Below are positions 30,437 through 41,206 of a stretch of DNA of 64,000 nucleotides, one piece after another; position 1 is the stretch's first letter; the number at the start of each line of letters is the position of its first letter. The DNA is from Nitrosopumilus sp. (GTDB lineage: Archaea > Thermoproteota > Nitrososphaeria > Nitrososphaerales > Nitrosopumilaceae). Where the stretch lies: NCBI GenBank assembly GCA_965204345.1, contig OZ241981.1, positions 1,568,001 through 1,632,000 on the forward strand, written 5' to 3'. Under the pieces are notes generated by a model, which made no database searches, had not been told where the DNA came from, and saw nothing but the letters and a program-made list of their open reading frames with translations. The position numbers and the translations under genes were made by a program.

Positions 30437-31495
30437 TTGAAGGCCAGTCGCTCCACTGTAATGGCTCTGTTACTTTCATTTGTAGTTGGCTTTTCTGTGA
30501 TTGCGCTCTTCCCAACTTTTTCTGATGCCAAGTCTGAGCCAAAAACATTTGTCACACATTCTGGCGCTGTGGTTCAAACCACCGGTGAAATAATTGATCC
30601 GTTGTATACTGTTTCAACCGTGGAGTTTGATCCGATGGAATATCTTAGGGATTTCAATTATGGCAGAGTCTCTCAACTGTCTGATGGAACCACTCTGAGA
30701 GAATTTACAATTATTGCAGAGGATGATAAGATTATGGAAGTTTCTCCTGGCGTGTTTTACAACGTCTGGACTTTTAATGGAACCGTTCCCGGTCCTACCA
30801 TTAGAGCCACAGAAGGCGACTTGCTTAAAATCAATTTCATCAACAATGGCTCTAAGGAGCACACAATACATTTCCATGGAATTCATCCGGCCGGAATGGA
30901 TGGTGTCTTTGAACCTGTTGGAGGCAACGGTGGCAGGTTTGTATATGAATTTGAGGCTGGCCCTGTTGGGGTTCATCCTTATCACTGTCATGTCATGCCA
31001 TTGGAGGAACACATCATTCATGGACTTTACGGCGTGTTTATTGTAGACCCTAAAGAAGAACGTCCTCCTGCTGATGAAATGGTCATGGTTCTAAACGGAC
31101 TGGATACTGATTTTGATGCTGAAAATAATTTTTATGCTGCAAATACAATTCCCTTCTATTATCAACATCATCCCATTCAAATCAGTACCGATGAGTTAAT
31201 TCGGGTTTATGTTGTCAATATGGTGGAATTTGATCCAATAAACAACTTTCATCTTCATGGCAATCTGTACAAGTATTACCCGACAGGAACAGATCTTGTG
31301 CCATCGTTTTACACTGACATGATTACATTATCCCAAACCGAGCGTGGAATTATGGAATTTGTATATACTTTTCCGGGAAAATACCTCTTTCATGCTCACA
31401 AAGTAGAGTTCTCTGAAAAAGGATGGGTTGGAATATTTTTGGTAAGTGATTCCCCCCAAAAGGATACTGCTAAGGATTTAGACTATGAAACTTGA
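30437..31495 (+). CDS. Two-domain multicopper oxidase
   Basis: HTIHFHG, YHCH...HIIHGLYG, NFHLHG, FHAH copper motifs; signal peptide. Confidence 0.92.
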   Translation: MKASRSTVMALLLSFVVGFSVIALFPTFSDAKSEPKTFVTHSGAVVQTTGEIIDPLYTVSTVEFDPMEYLRDFNYGRVSQLSDGTTLREFTIIAEDDKIMEVSPGVFYNVWTFNGTVPGPTIRATEGDLLKINFINNGSKEHTIHFHGIHPAGMDGVFEPVGGNGGRFVYEFEAGPVGVHPYHCHVMPLEEHIIHGLYGVFIVDPKEERPPADEMVMVLNGLDTDFDAENNFYAANTIPFYYQHHPIQISTDELIRVYVVNMVEFDPINNFHLHGNLYKYYPTGTDLVPSFYTDMITLSQTERGIMEFVYTFPGKYLFHAHKVEFSEKGWVGIFLVSDSPQKDTAKDLDYET

Positions 31496-32672
31496 CAATA
31501 ACAACAGCAATTCTTCAAAAATCAGAATCATTGCCAGTGGGGTGATACCATTTGCATTTGTCGTTCTTATGATGCTGTATATTTTTGGTCCGGGTGCCTC
31601 CTTGCTGGATTTTGGCGTTCAATTGCCTGAAATTACCATTGAAAAAGTAGATTTTATTGATTCTGAAATTCAGGCCACTGTCAGAAACACCGGCCCGATT
31701 CCAGTTGAAGTGGTCATGGCTGATGTAAATGATCGAATCCAGCCTGCTGCTGTAGAGCCTGATAGATTTCTAGAACGGTTTGAAACCACCTTGGTCCGAA
31801 TTCCCTTTGAATGGAATCACGCAGAGCCATACGTTGTTGGAATTACTATTGAGGATGGAACTAGATTTGAAAAAAAAATTGAGGCTGCCGCACCTGCATT
31901 GGAATTGTCTTGGGATCTTGCAATCTTCTTTGCAGTAATTGGCACCTATGTTGGAATTATTCCGGTAATGATTGGCCTGTTGTGGCTTCCATTCATTAAA
32001 AAGATTAGCAAGCAGAAATATCATTTCTTTCTGGCTTTGACTGCAGGACTGCTCTTCTTTTTAGCCATTGATTCTGTAGAGGAGGCCATTGAGATATCTG
32101 ATGAAAACCTGGCTGCTAGTTTCAATGGGACCCTGCTTGTAGTTACTGTGACAGCATTATCGTTCCTTGGATTATACTACTCTGGAAACAGTCTCCTCAA
32201 AAAAGCAAATTCCTCAAAGTTCACCAAGCCTGTGGCAATTGCATTTATGATATCCATTGGAATCGGCCTGCACAACTTTGGTGAGGGACTGGCAATTGGG
32301 GCTGCAGTTGGAATGGGTTCCATTGCATTTAGCACGTTTTTGATTGTGGGGTTTGCTTTACACAATACTACTGAGGGACTGGCAATTGCCGCTCCCATGT
32401 CCAGAGGCAAATTAATGCTAGGCAAATTATTTGCCATGGGCATCATTGCCGGAAGTCCTGCAATCTTTGGCGCTTGGATTGGAGGCTTTGCTTATTCGCC
32501 CTTTACCTCCGTAATTTTCTTGGCAGTTGGGGCAGGCGCAATTTTTCAGGTAATATTTGTAATTTCAAAATGGATTCAAGATGAAAGCAACAACAACCTC
32601 TCTAACATGTATGTGGTTTCCGGATTTGCTATTGGAATGTCGGTGATGTACCTTACTAGCATTTTGGTTTAG
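31485..32672 (+). CDS. ZIP family divalent metal transporter
   Basis: GLHNFGEGLAIG and LHNTTEG ZIP signature, multiple TMs, N-terminal extracellular domain. Confidence 0.9.
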   Translation: MKLDNNNSNSSKIRIIASGVIPFAFVVLMMLYIFGPGASLLDFGVQLPEITIEKVDFIDSEIQATVRNTGPIPVEVVMADVNDRIQPAAVEPDRFLERFETTLVRIPFEWNHAEPYVVGITIEDGTRFEKKIEAAAPALELSWDLAIFFAVIGTYVGIIPVMIGLLWLPFIKKISKQKYHFFLALTAGLLFFLAIDSVEEAIEISDENLAASFNGTLLVVTVTALSFLGLYYSGNSLLKKANSSKFTKPVAIAFMISIGIGLHNFGEGLAIGAAVGMGSIAFSTFLIVGFALHNTTEGLAIAAPMSRGKLMLGKLFAMGIIAGSPAIFGAWIGGFAYSPFTSVIFLAVGAGAIFQVIFVISKWIQDESNNNLSNMYVVSGFAIGMSVMYLTSILV

Positions 32673-34021
32673 ATTGGCTCTGGATGTATTGTGATTACAG
32701 AGTTTTTAATTTCAATTCTAATCAGGTGCTCAATCTCCGATGTCAGATCATGAACCTTTTCAATTGATAACTCCTTGTTAAACGAGCAGTCAATATCTAT
32801 TTTGAGAATATTCTCAAATTTTAGGGACATTATTCTGCCTATTCTTTGAATGTCTGGGTACTTTTCCAGTATTGTCTTGATCTTCTCCTCTGTCTCAATG
32901 TCCTCTATGTTGAAATTTTCTGGAACTGTCACAAACGGTTCCAAATGTATGGTGGCATGGGCAATGACTGGTATCTCCTGTTGAATTTTTTCTTCTATTA
33001 TTTCAGAAATTTTATGGGCTGCCAACAGGTTAATTTCCCTATTGACCATTACATGCAAATTTGCATATGTCTTACCTCTTGTTTTGTGAGTAGTGACGTT
33101 ATGCACTCCCTTTACGCCCTCTATGCATTTTGCAATATCTAAAATCTTTGCATCCAATGGCACGTTTTGCCAATCCGGCTCAAAATGTATGGTAGTTGAT
33201 GCGTTTGGTATCTTGTTTTTTATGTTCCTCTCAACCCTGTTGCTTATCTCATGAGCCCTGTCAAAACTGGTATCACCCCTCAATGAGATAGTTACATCTG
33301 CAAATACTGTGTCCCCTGACTTTCTCATTAGTATGGGTCCTGCATCTATGACCCCCTCTGTAGATACTGAAATTTCCCTAACATTTTTTACAAGTTCCGG
33401 GGATATTATGTCTGTTAGGTCCATTGCAGTTCTGTATACTAGCTTTACACTGAGTATTGCCAGCAATACACCCAGAATCAATGCGGCAACAAAATCTCCA
33501 AAGTATAATCCGTATGAAACCAGTACTATGCCTGCAATTGCCACTGCTGTGGATCCGAGATCCATAAACGCGTGATAGAAATCTGCCTTTAGCGTCGAGC
33601 CCCCAATTTTTTTAATGGATCTTCTCAGCAGGATAATTCTGAAAAAATCAATACCTATGGTGTACAGGCCTCCTATTATCGCAAACAATCCTGGCAAAAC
33701 ATTGGGCGGAGGACTCTGTAGCCTGTTGATGGACTCGTATATGAAAAAGCAGGCAATCAAAAAAATTGCTATGCCCCCAATTAATCCCCCAAGTGATTCA
33801 ATCTTTCCGTGCCCATAGGTGTGCTCTGCATCCGGCGGCTTGACTGCCCACCTTGCAGCTAAAAGTAAAACAAGTGTAACCACACTGTCTAGCAGCGCAT
33901 GAATGCTGTCTGTGATGAGAGCCAGGCTATTTGAAATCAGGCCAAAAATTAGTTCTACCAAAAATGCTGAAAATATGGATATTAATGAAATTTGTAAAAC
34001 CCTGGTCCTTTGCACGAACAT
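32669..34021 (-). CDS. Cation diffusion facilitator transporter with repeated C-terminal dimerisation domains
   Basis: SLALITDSIHALLD, HTYGHGKIE, HAFMD, three IHxEP-terminated domains. Confidence 0.92.
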   Translation of the reverse strand: MFVQRTRVLQISLISIFSAFLVELIFGLISNSLALITDSIHALLDSVVTLVLLLAARWAVKPPDAEHTYGHGKIESLGGLIGGIAIFLIACFFIYESINRLQSPPPNVLPGLFAIIGGLYTIGIDFFRIILLRRSIKKIGGSTLKADFYHAFMDLGSTAVAIAGIVLVSYGLYFGDFVAALILGVLLAILSVKLVYRTAMDLTDIISPELVKNVREISVSTEGVIDAGPILMRKSGDTVFADVTISLRGDTSFDRAHEISNRVERNIKNKIPNASTTIHFEPDWQNVPLDAKILDIAKCIEGVKGVHNVTTHKTRGKTYANLHVMVNREINLLAAHKISEIIEEKIQQEIPVIAHATIHLEPFVTVPENFNIEDIETEEKIKTILEKYPDIQRIGRIMSLKFENILKIDIDCSFNKELSIEKVHDLTSEIEHLIRIEIKNSVITIHPEPI

Positions 34022-34110
34022 CTTTTTTTAATAATCCGAGTTACGTATTACAGTTTTCTAAGAAAAAATCATGCGACAACGTTATTTGCGATTAAACAGG
34101 GTTTAGAAAC

Positions 34111-37100
34111 ATGCTTGATGCAAAATATCTCGTTTTAGCGGTAACTTTTTCAACGCTTTTGCTGATTCCTGCCTCTGGCGCTGATGCATCAAGCAATCCC
34201 AACCTGTTTGTATCTGCTGAAAATTCTCAATTTGAGAATCATTTTTCTGGCTCTATGGTAATTGAGGTTGTAATAATTGATTCAGACATTAGTGATACCG
34301 GCCAAGGCAAGGGTGAGCCTGATGTTACAATCAATGGAAAGTCATTACGAATGGTTCAGGCAACTGATGGAAACTGGTATGCCTATTTTGCAAATGTTGA
34401 GAGGGCAAAGGAAGCTGATTCGACGGTAGGTCTGGCCGGTCAAGGGTTGGATTTTGGGGTTTTCTGCAGCAGGGACACAAGTGCCTCAGTGCCCGGCATT
34501 TCTCTCTCTGAAACTGACGGATTTGCATTACCCCGCTCTGCGCTAGGCTCTACTGATGGTGCTGCCTCCTTTACTTCCTGTACCGGATCTCCTTCTGGCG
34601 TAAACTTGAATAATGTTGTGAGAAACGCAAAATCAATTAACACAAATTCTGCCATCCCGTCTGGTCAAATTGGGTTAGACCCTGGTGCCTGGCCGCTAAT
34701 CCAGCTTTATTCCTTTGGCGATGTTGTAGTCCAATACAACCCCGGAGGCTCGTCCCAGCAGGTTTCTTTGGAATATGGTGAAATTCCAAACATTTCAATG
34801 CGTCTTGATAGGGAACTTTATCCAAACAGCGCTGAGATCTTCTTTACTCTAAGCGATTTTCAGTTAAATCAAGATCCGACTGATGAGGACTCTTGGACTT
34901 TTGGTGCAGGTCATATGCCTGCAACATTTTATCAAGCATATGCCTCCTCCGGTGTGTCTTCTGCAAATGGTGCAGCCGGACTGGTAGATTTAACTCCACA
35001 CCTCTCTGATCTTGGCTTTGAGAGCAATGGACGACTCTTAGTTGATCTTGGCTCTGTTGTCCAATTACAATCCAATAATGAGCAGCCTGAAACTAGTGTC
35101 TCCAATGGTATTGATACATTTACTGAAATTCTCACTCTGGTTGAAGACGGTCCTAACTCTGGCATCTTTGACAGCGCCGATTATAATGATCAATCCACAT
35201 TGGGAATCTTGGATGGTGCCCCCCGTGGTCAGTCCGGCTCTGTGACGTATGATGACAAATCTGTCTCAATACTGACTGGTTCCTCGTCTGCAGCTGTTTC
35301 TTTGAATGCCGCTCCCAACACCACCACCACCACCATTAGTGTCGGAGATGGGATGCAACCACTAAAGCCTGGAACAAAGTTTAGAATCACGCTAGTTGAC
35401 TCTGATCAGAATATCAACTCCGGGTCTAGGGATAATTTGGATGTATTTCGAGATACTGCAATGATTCCCACTCTGACCCTTGGATCTCCCGTTACTCTTG
35501 AGAATGCCCGGGATGTGCTATTTCATACCTCGTCTCTGACTTTTCCTGTGGGCGATTCTGTGATCTCTTTTGTGCCTAATTCTAATTCTGACAGGCTGCA
35601 AATTGATACTTTTGGCTTGGCTCCTGCCTCATATGAGGCACTTTCTGTGAATCTGGGCATCTCAGCATCCTCTCTAATGTCTGTCCTGCTTGATACTTCC
35701 CAACCAAATACTGATGGCACTAATTGGATAAATTATGATCTCCGCTCTTTTGAAAATGATCTTGGAATATCTGATTTTAGCAACACTTCGGTCTCTCTTC
35801 ATTTTGGAACCCTTGCTGGTACATCTGTAACCATAGTTGATGCCGGAGACATCTCATCCCCTAAGGGATTTATCCAAATTGATGATTCTGATGTTGCTGA
35901 TATCTCCGATGAGAGTGGAACGGCATTCCTTGTAATTGACTTTGGCTCTTCTGGGACTTTTTCTGTTTCTGATGGGGATAACAAACAACCAATCGTTTTT
36001 GATATTTTTTCATTTGGACTGCAGGACAGTCAAGACATAAACAATTCTATTTATCGTTTTGAATTAGAAGAGACGTCTGATAATTCATCTACTTTTGAGG
36101 GTACCTTGGAATATTCCGTATCAAGCAAACCAAATATTTTGGATTCTTCGTTTATCCAAACCATCCGGCCAATCGATGATCAAGTCAAGTTCGTTGTAAC
36201 TGACAGGCTAATTGATGATCAAGGCATTTCCATCTCTTACTCTGATCTTGACGCGGCCGGAGTCTTTGCATTGGCATCTACAAAGTCTGATATTAGGACA
36301 ACTGCAGGCATTGTATCTTCTGACTCTCAATCCTATAGGTTTGGACAACCTGTCACCATAACCCTCAATGATCCGGATCTCAATTTACGAAATGATCTAG
36401 TTGATATTTATTTTGTAATCGATGATTCTGATTCCCCCGGTGTTGACACAGTTGGAAAAAATGACATACCTCTGCTTGAGATTTTAATCAAGGATATCCG
36501 TTACAAGCGCTGTACTGTAGACGGTATTGATTATGGTGGTTTGGGGGCAAGCGGCTTTACTCTTGTTGAAACTGGTCCTAGTACGGGAATCTTTGAGGGA
36601 CTGTTTAAAATGCCTTCCAAAATTTGCAATGAATCTGGAACCGGACTAGTCTCTTCGGCTGGTGGCAGTCTTGATGCAAAATATTTTGATTCTAGGGACG
36701 ATTCTGGAAATTCCAATGTCTTTACTCTGTTGAATAACAAGCCATCTTCATACTCTAGTTCCCCACAGCTTAGTGCATATGACGTTGTAAAGCCCCTCTC
36801 AGGAGACGTTGTAGAAATTATTCTTTCTGGCAGTTTAGATAATCCTCGGAGAGGCATGCCTTTGGCAGTCACTATCGTTTCCCCTGATGGTATAACTCAA
36901 AATTTTGCTGCGACATTAACTAGCGCTGGCAGCTACAAATCCGTCATATCTGTTGATGAGCATACATTGTCTGGCGTTTACCAAATTCAGCTGTCTTACA
37001 ACAATTCTCATGTAAAGACTCTTTCATTTGTTGTATCTGATACCACTATTCCTGATTGGGTCAAAAACAATGCAAAATGGTGGTCTTCTGGCACTGTATC

Positions 37101-37308
37101 TGATTCTGAATTCATTAGTGGAATCAAATATCTCATCCAAGAAGGACTTGTTACCATATTCCCTGGAACATCTATTTCTGTTTCCGAACAAGAAGTTCCT
37201 GATTGGGTCAAAAACAATGCAAAATGGTGGTCAGACGATCAAATATCTGATGAAGACTTTGCAATGTCAATTCAATACTTGATCAAAAAGGGCATAATTA
37301 GAATATAA
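34111..37308 (+). CDS. Large secreted S-layer-like cell-surface protein
   Basis: Signal peptide, NPNLFVSAENS, repeated (L/F)xETxxxSGIF-type motifs, and two C-terminal PDWVKNNAKWW repeats typical of thaumarchaeal surface proteins. Confidence 0.85.
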   Translation: MLDAKYLVLAVTFSTLLLIPASGADASSNPNLFVSAENSQFENHFSGSMVIEVVIIDSDISDTGQGKGEPDVTINGKSLRMVQATDGNWYAYFANVERAKEADSTVGLAGQGLDFGVFCSRDTSASVPGISLSETDGFALPRSALGSTDGAASFTSCTGSPSGVNLNNVVRNAKSINTNSAIPSGQIGLDPGAWPLIQLYSFGDVVVQYNPGGSSQQVSLEYGEIPNISMRLDRELYPNSAEIFFTLSDFQLNQDPTDEDSWTFGAGHMPATFYQAYASSGVSSANGAAGLVDLTPHLSDLGFESNGRLLVDLGSVVQLQSNNEQPETSVSNGIDTFTEILTLVEDGPNSGIFDSADYNDQSTLGILDGAPRGQSGSVTYDDKSVSILTGSSSAAVSLNAAPNTTTTTISVGDGMQPLKPGTKFRITLVDSDQNINSGSRDNLDVFRDTAMIPTLTLGSPVTLENARDVLFHTSSLTFPVGDSVISFVPNSNSDRLQIDTFGLAPASYEALSVNLGISASSLMSVLLDTSQPNTDGTNWINYDLRSFENDLGISDFSNTSVSLHFGTLAGTSVTIVDAGDISSPKGFIQIDDSDVADISDESGTAFLVIDFGSSGTFSVSDGDNKQPIVFDIFSFGLQDSQDINNSIYRFELEETSDNSSTFEGTLEYSVSSKPNILDSSFIQTIRPIDDQVKFVVTDRLIDDQGISISYSDLDAAGVFALASTKSDIRTTAGIVSSDSQSYRFGQPVTITLNDPDLNLRNDLVDIYFVIDDSDSPGVDTVGKNDIPLLEILIKDIRYKRCTVDGIDYGGLGASGFTLVETGPSTGIFEGLFKMPSKICNESGTGLVSSAGGSLDAKYFDSRDDSGNSNVFTLLNNKPSSYSSSPQLSAYDVVKPLSGDVVEIILSGSLDNPRRGMPLAVTIVSPDGITQNFAATLTSAGSYKSVISVDEHTLSGVYQIQLSYNNSHVKTLSFVVSDTTIPDWVKNNAKWWSSGTVSDSEFISGIKYLIQEGLVTIFPGTSISVSEQEVPDWVKNNAKWWSDDQISDEDFAMSIQYLIKKGIIRI

Positions 37309-37363
37309 TCTTGTCAAATATTGTTCCATTGAAAATATAAATACTCTTAACTCGTGATTCAAG

Positions 37364-38380
37364 ATGAAAATGAGGCTAACTGGATTTCTGGCATTTACAT
37401 TATTATCATTTTCAATTTTATCATATGGTGTTAGTGGAGCTGCTTTTGCAGCAGTTCCCAATCCTGCATTGCCTGTATCTACTGATGTAGGCATTGTGTC
37501 AAATGGCGGATCTGTGGAAATATCTGGAACCCTTCCAAATTATGACTCTTCGTCTGGTAAAGGACTTACTTTCCTTGTTCTTTCTCCTGATAATTCCATT
37601 GTAAACATTGGACAACTAACTCCAGGTTCTGATGGCTCTTTTGCAAAAAGTTTTGTTGCTGGTGGCCCTCTGTGGAAATTAGCTGGTGATTACACTATAA
37701 AATTAACATATGGTGCTGATAGCTCTGAAGTTTCTGTAGAATATACTGGCGGTGAGGCTGAGAAAAAAGAAGATCCACCTATAAAAGTTCCACCTGAAGA
37801 TCCACCAGAAATAAAACCACCACCACCTGCAGAAGATCCACCAGAAATAACACCACCACCCCCACCACCACCACCTGCAGAAGATCCACCAAAGGACGAC
37901 TCAGACATCTGTGGACGAGGAACTGTACTAGGCGACGATGGACTTTGCTACCCCGAAGTAACTGACGAACCCCAAAGTAGTAGTAGTAGTAGTGGCGGCG
38001 GATGTTTGATTGCAACGGCAGCATATGGTACAGAATTAGCACCACAAGTTCAATTCCTGAGAGAAATTAGGGATAATACTGTAATGAGTACTTCTTCTGG
38101 CACATCATTCATGTCTGGATTTAACCAGTTGTACTATTCATTCTCACCAACAATTGCAGACATGGAACGAGAAAACCCAATGTTCCAACAAGCAGTTAGG
38201 GCATTTATCACTCCGATGATCTCAACACTGTCAATTATGACTTTGGCTGATGCTGGTTCAGAGGCTGAAGTTTTAGGATTTGGAATCTCTGTGATTGCCC
38301 TTAATTTGGGAATGTACATTGCCGCACCGGCATTGATTGGATTCAAAGTTAGCAGAATCATCATCAAATCTAGAAACTAG
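37364..38380 (+). CDS. Surface protein with Pro-rich linker and CFI-box-CTERM-like C-terminus
   Basis: Signal peptide, EDPP/PPPP repeats, GGGCLIATAAYGTELAPQVQFLREIRD, C-terminal TM. Confidence 0.85.
   Translation: MKMRLTGFLAFTLLSFSILSYGVSGAAFAAVPNPALPVSTDVGIVSNGGSVEISGTLPNYDSSSGKGLTFLVLSPDNSIVNIGQLTPGSDGSFAKSFVAGGPLWKLAGDYTIKLTYGADSSEVSVEYTGGEAEKKEDPPIKVPPEDPPEIKPPPPAEDPPEITPPPPPPPPAEDPPKDDSDICGRGTVLGDDGLCYPEVTDEPQSSSSSSGGGCLIATAAYGTELAPQVQFLREIRDNTVMSTSSGTSFMSGFNQLYYSFSPTIADMERENPMFQQAVRAFITPMISTLSIMTLADAGSEAEVLGFGISVIALNLGMYIAAPALIGFKVSRIIIKSRN
37770..37993 (+). repeat. Intragenic repeats encoding an EDPP/poly-Pro linker and poly-Ser
   Basis: GAAGATCCACC occurs four times with CCA triplet runs; AGT triplet run near 37977-37993. 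Confidence 0.8.
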
Positions 38381-38427
38381 TCCAATCTCACTCTAGGTTA
38401 TTATACTGAAACACACTATGATATTTT

Positions 38428-38751
38428 ATGAATATTGAATATGAGGAATTTGAAACAGTTGAGGATATTCTTATGTATATGGCATCTGCTGCCCCTCCGA
38501 TGAAAAATACAATGCCTATCAATTCTTACAAGGGATATGTCATGTCTTTTATTCCCCTTAGTCCTGCAACCGGAGAAACATATCTCATGCTTTATGCAAA
38601 AGGCTCACTAGAACCGGGAATCTATGAGTTTGATGTTTCATCAAAATCTTTCAAAAAGGTTGAGAGTGTTGAAAGAGCAGACAAAGTCTACTTTATTTCA
38701 TTAACTCCAAAACGCAATACCATAGCTGATGTTGCCATTCAAAGCCTATAA
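38428..38751 (+). CDS. Hypothetical protein
   Basis: 107-aa ATG ORF with a TATA-like element upstream; no motif recognised. Confidence 0.7.
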   Translation: MNIEYEEFETVEDILMYMASAAPPMKNTMPINSYKGYVMSFIPLSPATGETYLMLYAKGSLEPGIYEFDVSSKSFKKVESVERADKVYFISLTPKRNTIADVAIQSL

Positions 38752-40326
38752 TTTCTTTGTTTGAATTTTTGGTGCAGATACTGATCTGCTTCTTGCGTAT
38801 TTGCCTATGATTTCATCTGGAGTCCTTCCATTAAACAGATCCTTGCATAATCCCCTAAGGTATCTCATAATTGCCCATGTTCCCGCCTTGAGAATTCCAT
38901 ACATGAATATCTTCATTGGGGGCCCATACGTCTTGTTTCTAAGAATAATTGGAATGATATCATTGATGACACGCAAATTATTTTCCCAGCACTTCCAGAA
39001 CAGTGTAAACTGTGCCTCATTCAAGTTTCCAAAATGCATTGAATTCTTTTCACTAAAATCCTGATAAAGCAACGGTGCCACCAGTCCTCTGAAATCCATC
39101 TCTCTGAAATCGCTCATCATGTCTATTGTATATTGAATGTCGTCTGGCGTTTCGTCAGGCCAGCCAATAATTATTGTTGCAGCTGGGAACCAGTGATTTT
39201 CGTTTAGTATTTTTGCCCCTTCTCTGACAACACTTCCCCATTCTTCTGGGGCAAACGGCTTTGTCTTTACTCCTAGATGTTTTTTTACCATGTCCGGTGC
39301 CACAGTCTCAATCCCCAGGTTGGTTGCAAGCCATCTGCCTGTCCTGTCCTGCTCATTGATATGTGAAATTTGCTGCATTAGCCTAGGATCTGCTGCCACA
39401 GCAGAAAATGTCATGTGCGTAGTGCCGACAAAGTTTGCTCCCAACCCTTTAAGCCCTTTCCACAAATCTACAATCGCATCCCTGTTTGGAACAAAGTCCC
39501 TGTTGTCACATCCATACAGAAGCATTTCATCAGAATGCAGCCAGATTGAATCAAATCCATAATCCAGATTGGTTTTTGCCTCATGTTGTAGCCGCTCTAG
39601 TGGCAAATCCTTCTTTGATCTTTTGTTTACATCACAAAAATCACATCCTCTTCCGCATCCCCGCATTGCCTCAATCAATGAATTGATTGTAGGACCCTCG
39701 ATAACTGGAATATTTTCAAGATTTCTTACAAAACAATGCATCAGTTCCGGGGCATCATTTTTTTCCAAATCCTGGAACAAATCAACTGCTAGCTCGTCTG
39801 CTTCCCCTACCACCACTGTATCAATTCCATGTATTTTCATTCTGTCTGATTTTGCCAGCTCCCACGCTCCATTTCCTCCAACTACCACCTTGAAATCATG
39901 CTTCTTTTTGAGCTGAATTATGTTGGCACACATTTTTTTAAATTTCATTGCAACGTAGGATAATTTTTCTGGCGACATTGTTGTAGTAACCGGTGCCATT
40001 CCTAGAGGGTCCATCACATTAATCCCAACAACCTTGGTGTCTGCCCCGATTGATTTTTCTAACATTTCTGGATGTGCCATAAACACGTCCTCTCTTTTGT
40101 ATCCTCCCTGAATCAGAGAGCTCTCTATTCTTCTTAATCCGACCTGGGCGACTTTTACTTCGCCTGTAATTGGATCTGTTTCAACAGATGGGCAAAACAC
40201 CTTGTCAAAAACCCATTCTGGTAATACTTCATAAGGACCACATGCAATAAATCCATAAAGAAAATTTCCCCTGTAATTTGTCATCAAACTACGATCAGCA
40301 GTTAATACTATGCGTTTGCCAGCCAA
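38746..40326 (-). CDS. B12-binding-like radical SAM protein, probable GDGT ring synthase (GrsA/GrsB-like)
   Basis: RGCGRGCDFC CxxxCxxC motif, VVVGGNGAWEL, and N-terminal IVLTADRSLMTNY / GLRRIE that I recall from Grs homologs. Confidence 0.7.
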   Translation of the reverse strand: MAGKRIVLTADRSLMTNYRGNFLYGFIACGPYEVLPEWVFDKVFCPSVETDPITGEVKVAQVGLRRIESSLIQGGYKREDVFMAHPEMLEKSIGADTKVVGINVMDPLGMAPVTTTMSPEKLSYVAMKFKKMCANIIQLKKKHDFKVVVGGNGAWELAKSDRMKIHGIDTVVVGEADELAVDLFQDLEKNDAPELMHCFVRNLENIPVIEGPTINSLIEAMRGCGRGCDFCDVNKRSKKDLPLERLQHEAKTNLDYGFDSIWLHSDEMLLYGCDNRDFVPNRDAIVDLWKGLKGLGANFVGTTHMTFSAVAADPRLMQQISHINEQDRTGRWLATNLGIETVAPDMVKKHLGVKTKPFAPEEWGSVVREGAKILNENHWFPAATIIIGWPDETPDDIQYTIDMMSDFREMDFRGLVAPLLYQDFSEKNSMHFGNLNEAQFTLFWKCWENNLRVINDIIPIILRNKTYGPPMKIFMYGILKAGTWAIMRYLRGLCKDLFNGRTPDEIIGKYARSRSVSAPKIQTKKL

Positions 40327-40390
40327 TTATCCAACTTCGCTTAGGTATGTTATATATCATTTACGAGATTATCTAACTAATCCTGAAATG

Positions 40391-41173
40391 CTATTTGCAA
40401 CTGTTTCTCTTAATTGCCCTATTTGCAATATTTGCCGCTATTCCTCCGGCGGCAATTCCGTTGTCTATGTTAACTACTGATAATCCCAATGAACAGCTTT
40501 GAAGCATTGATGCAAGGGCAGCAATCCCCTTCTCCCCGTATCCATACCCCACAGATGTTGGAATCCCAATGACTGGTATGTCCACCAGTGCTGAGACTAG
40601 TGTAGCCAAGGCTCCCTCCATTCCAGCTGCAACTATTATACAGTCCACATCCTCATCCACCATTTTTTTTAATATGGGAAAAACTCTCTGTATTCCCGCT
40701 ACTCCCACGTCATGGCTTGTAATACACTTGCAATTCATTGCCTCACACATCAGTCTTGATTCTTCTGCAACCCCGATATCTGATGTACCTGCGGTCATAA
40801 TTCCGACCTTTCCGCCATGAAATTTGATTGGTTTTTTAAATAATAGCAGGGACGATGAATTTTTGCCCGTCTTGATTTTCACCCCCTGTCTCTTTGCAAA
40901 TGACAAGACTTTTGGATAATCCTCTTTTCTAATTCTTGATATTACTGCCGAATTTGTTTTTTCCAGAGTTTTTTTTGTAATTTTTTTGATCTCGCCGAGT
41001 TCCTTTGTTTCAGCAAAAATTACCTCGGGAATTCCCCTTCTCTTTCTTCTATTGATGTCAATCTTGGCAAATCCTTCCACCTCTTCAATAGAATAAAGCG
41101 ACAAGAGCTTTTTTGCATTGGTAACTGAGATCCTTCCTTTCTCCAGGGATTCTAAAATTTCATGAACTTCCAT
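40391..41173 (-). CDS. larB: Nickel-pincer cofactor biosynthesis protein LarB
   Basis: RRGIPEVIFAETK, TAGTSDIGVAEE, DVGVAG, AGMEGAL, PTSVGYG, VVNIDNG. Confidence 0.93.
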   Translation of the reverse strand: MEVHEILESLEKGRISVTNAKKLLSLYSIEEVEGFAKIDINRRKRRGIPEVIFAETKELGEIKKITKKTLEKTNSAVISRIRKEDYPKVLSFAKRQGVKIKTGKNSSSLLLFKKPIKFHGGKVGIMTAGTSDIGVAEESRLMCEAMNCKCITSHDVGVAGIQRVFPILKKMVDEDVDCIIVAAGMEGALATLVSALVDIPVIGIPTSVGYGYGEKGIAALASMLQSCSLGLSVVNIDNGIAAGGIAANIANRAIKRNSCK

Positions 41174-41206
41174 TGAAAGGTTTTCTTTGCCTGTCTAAAA
41201 AAATGC

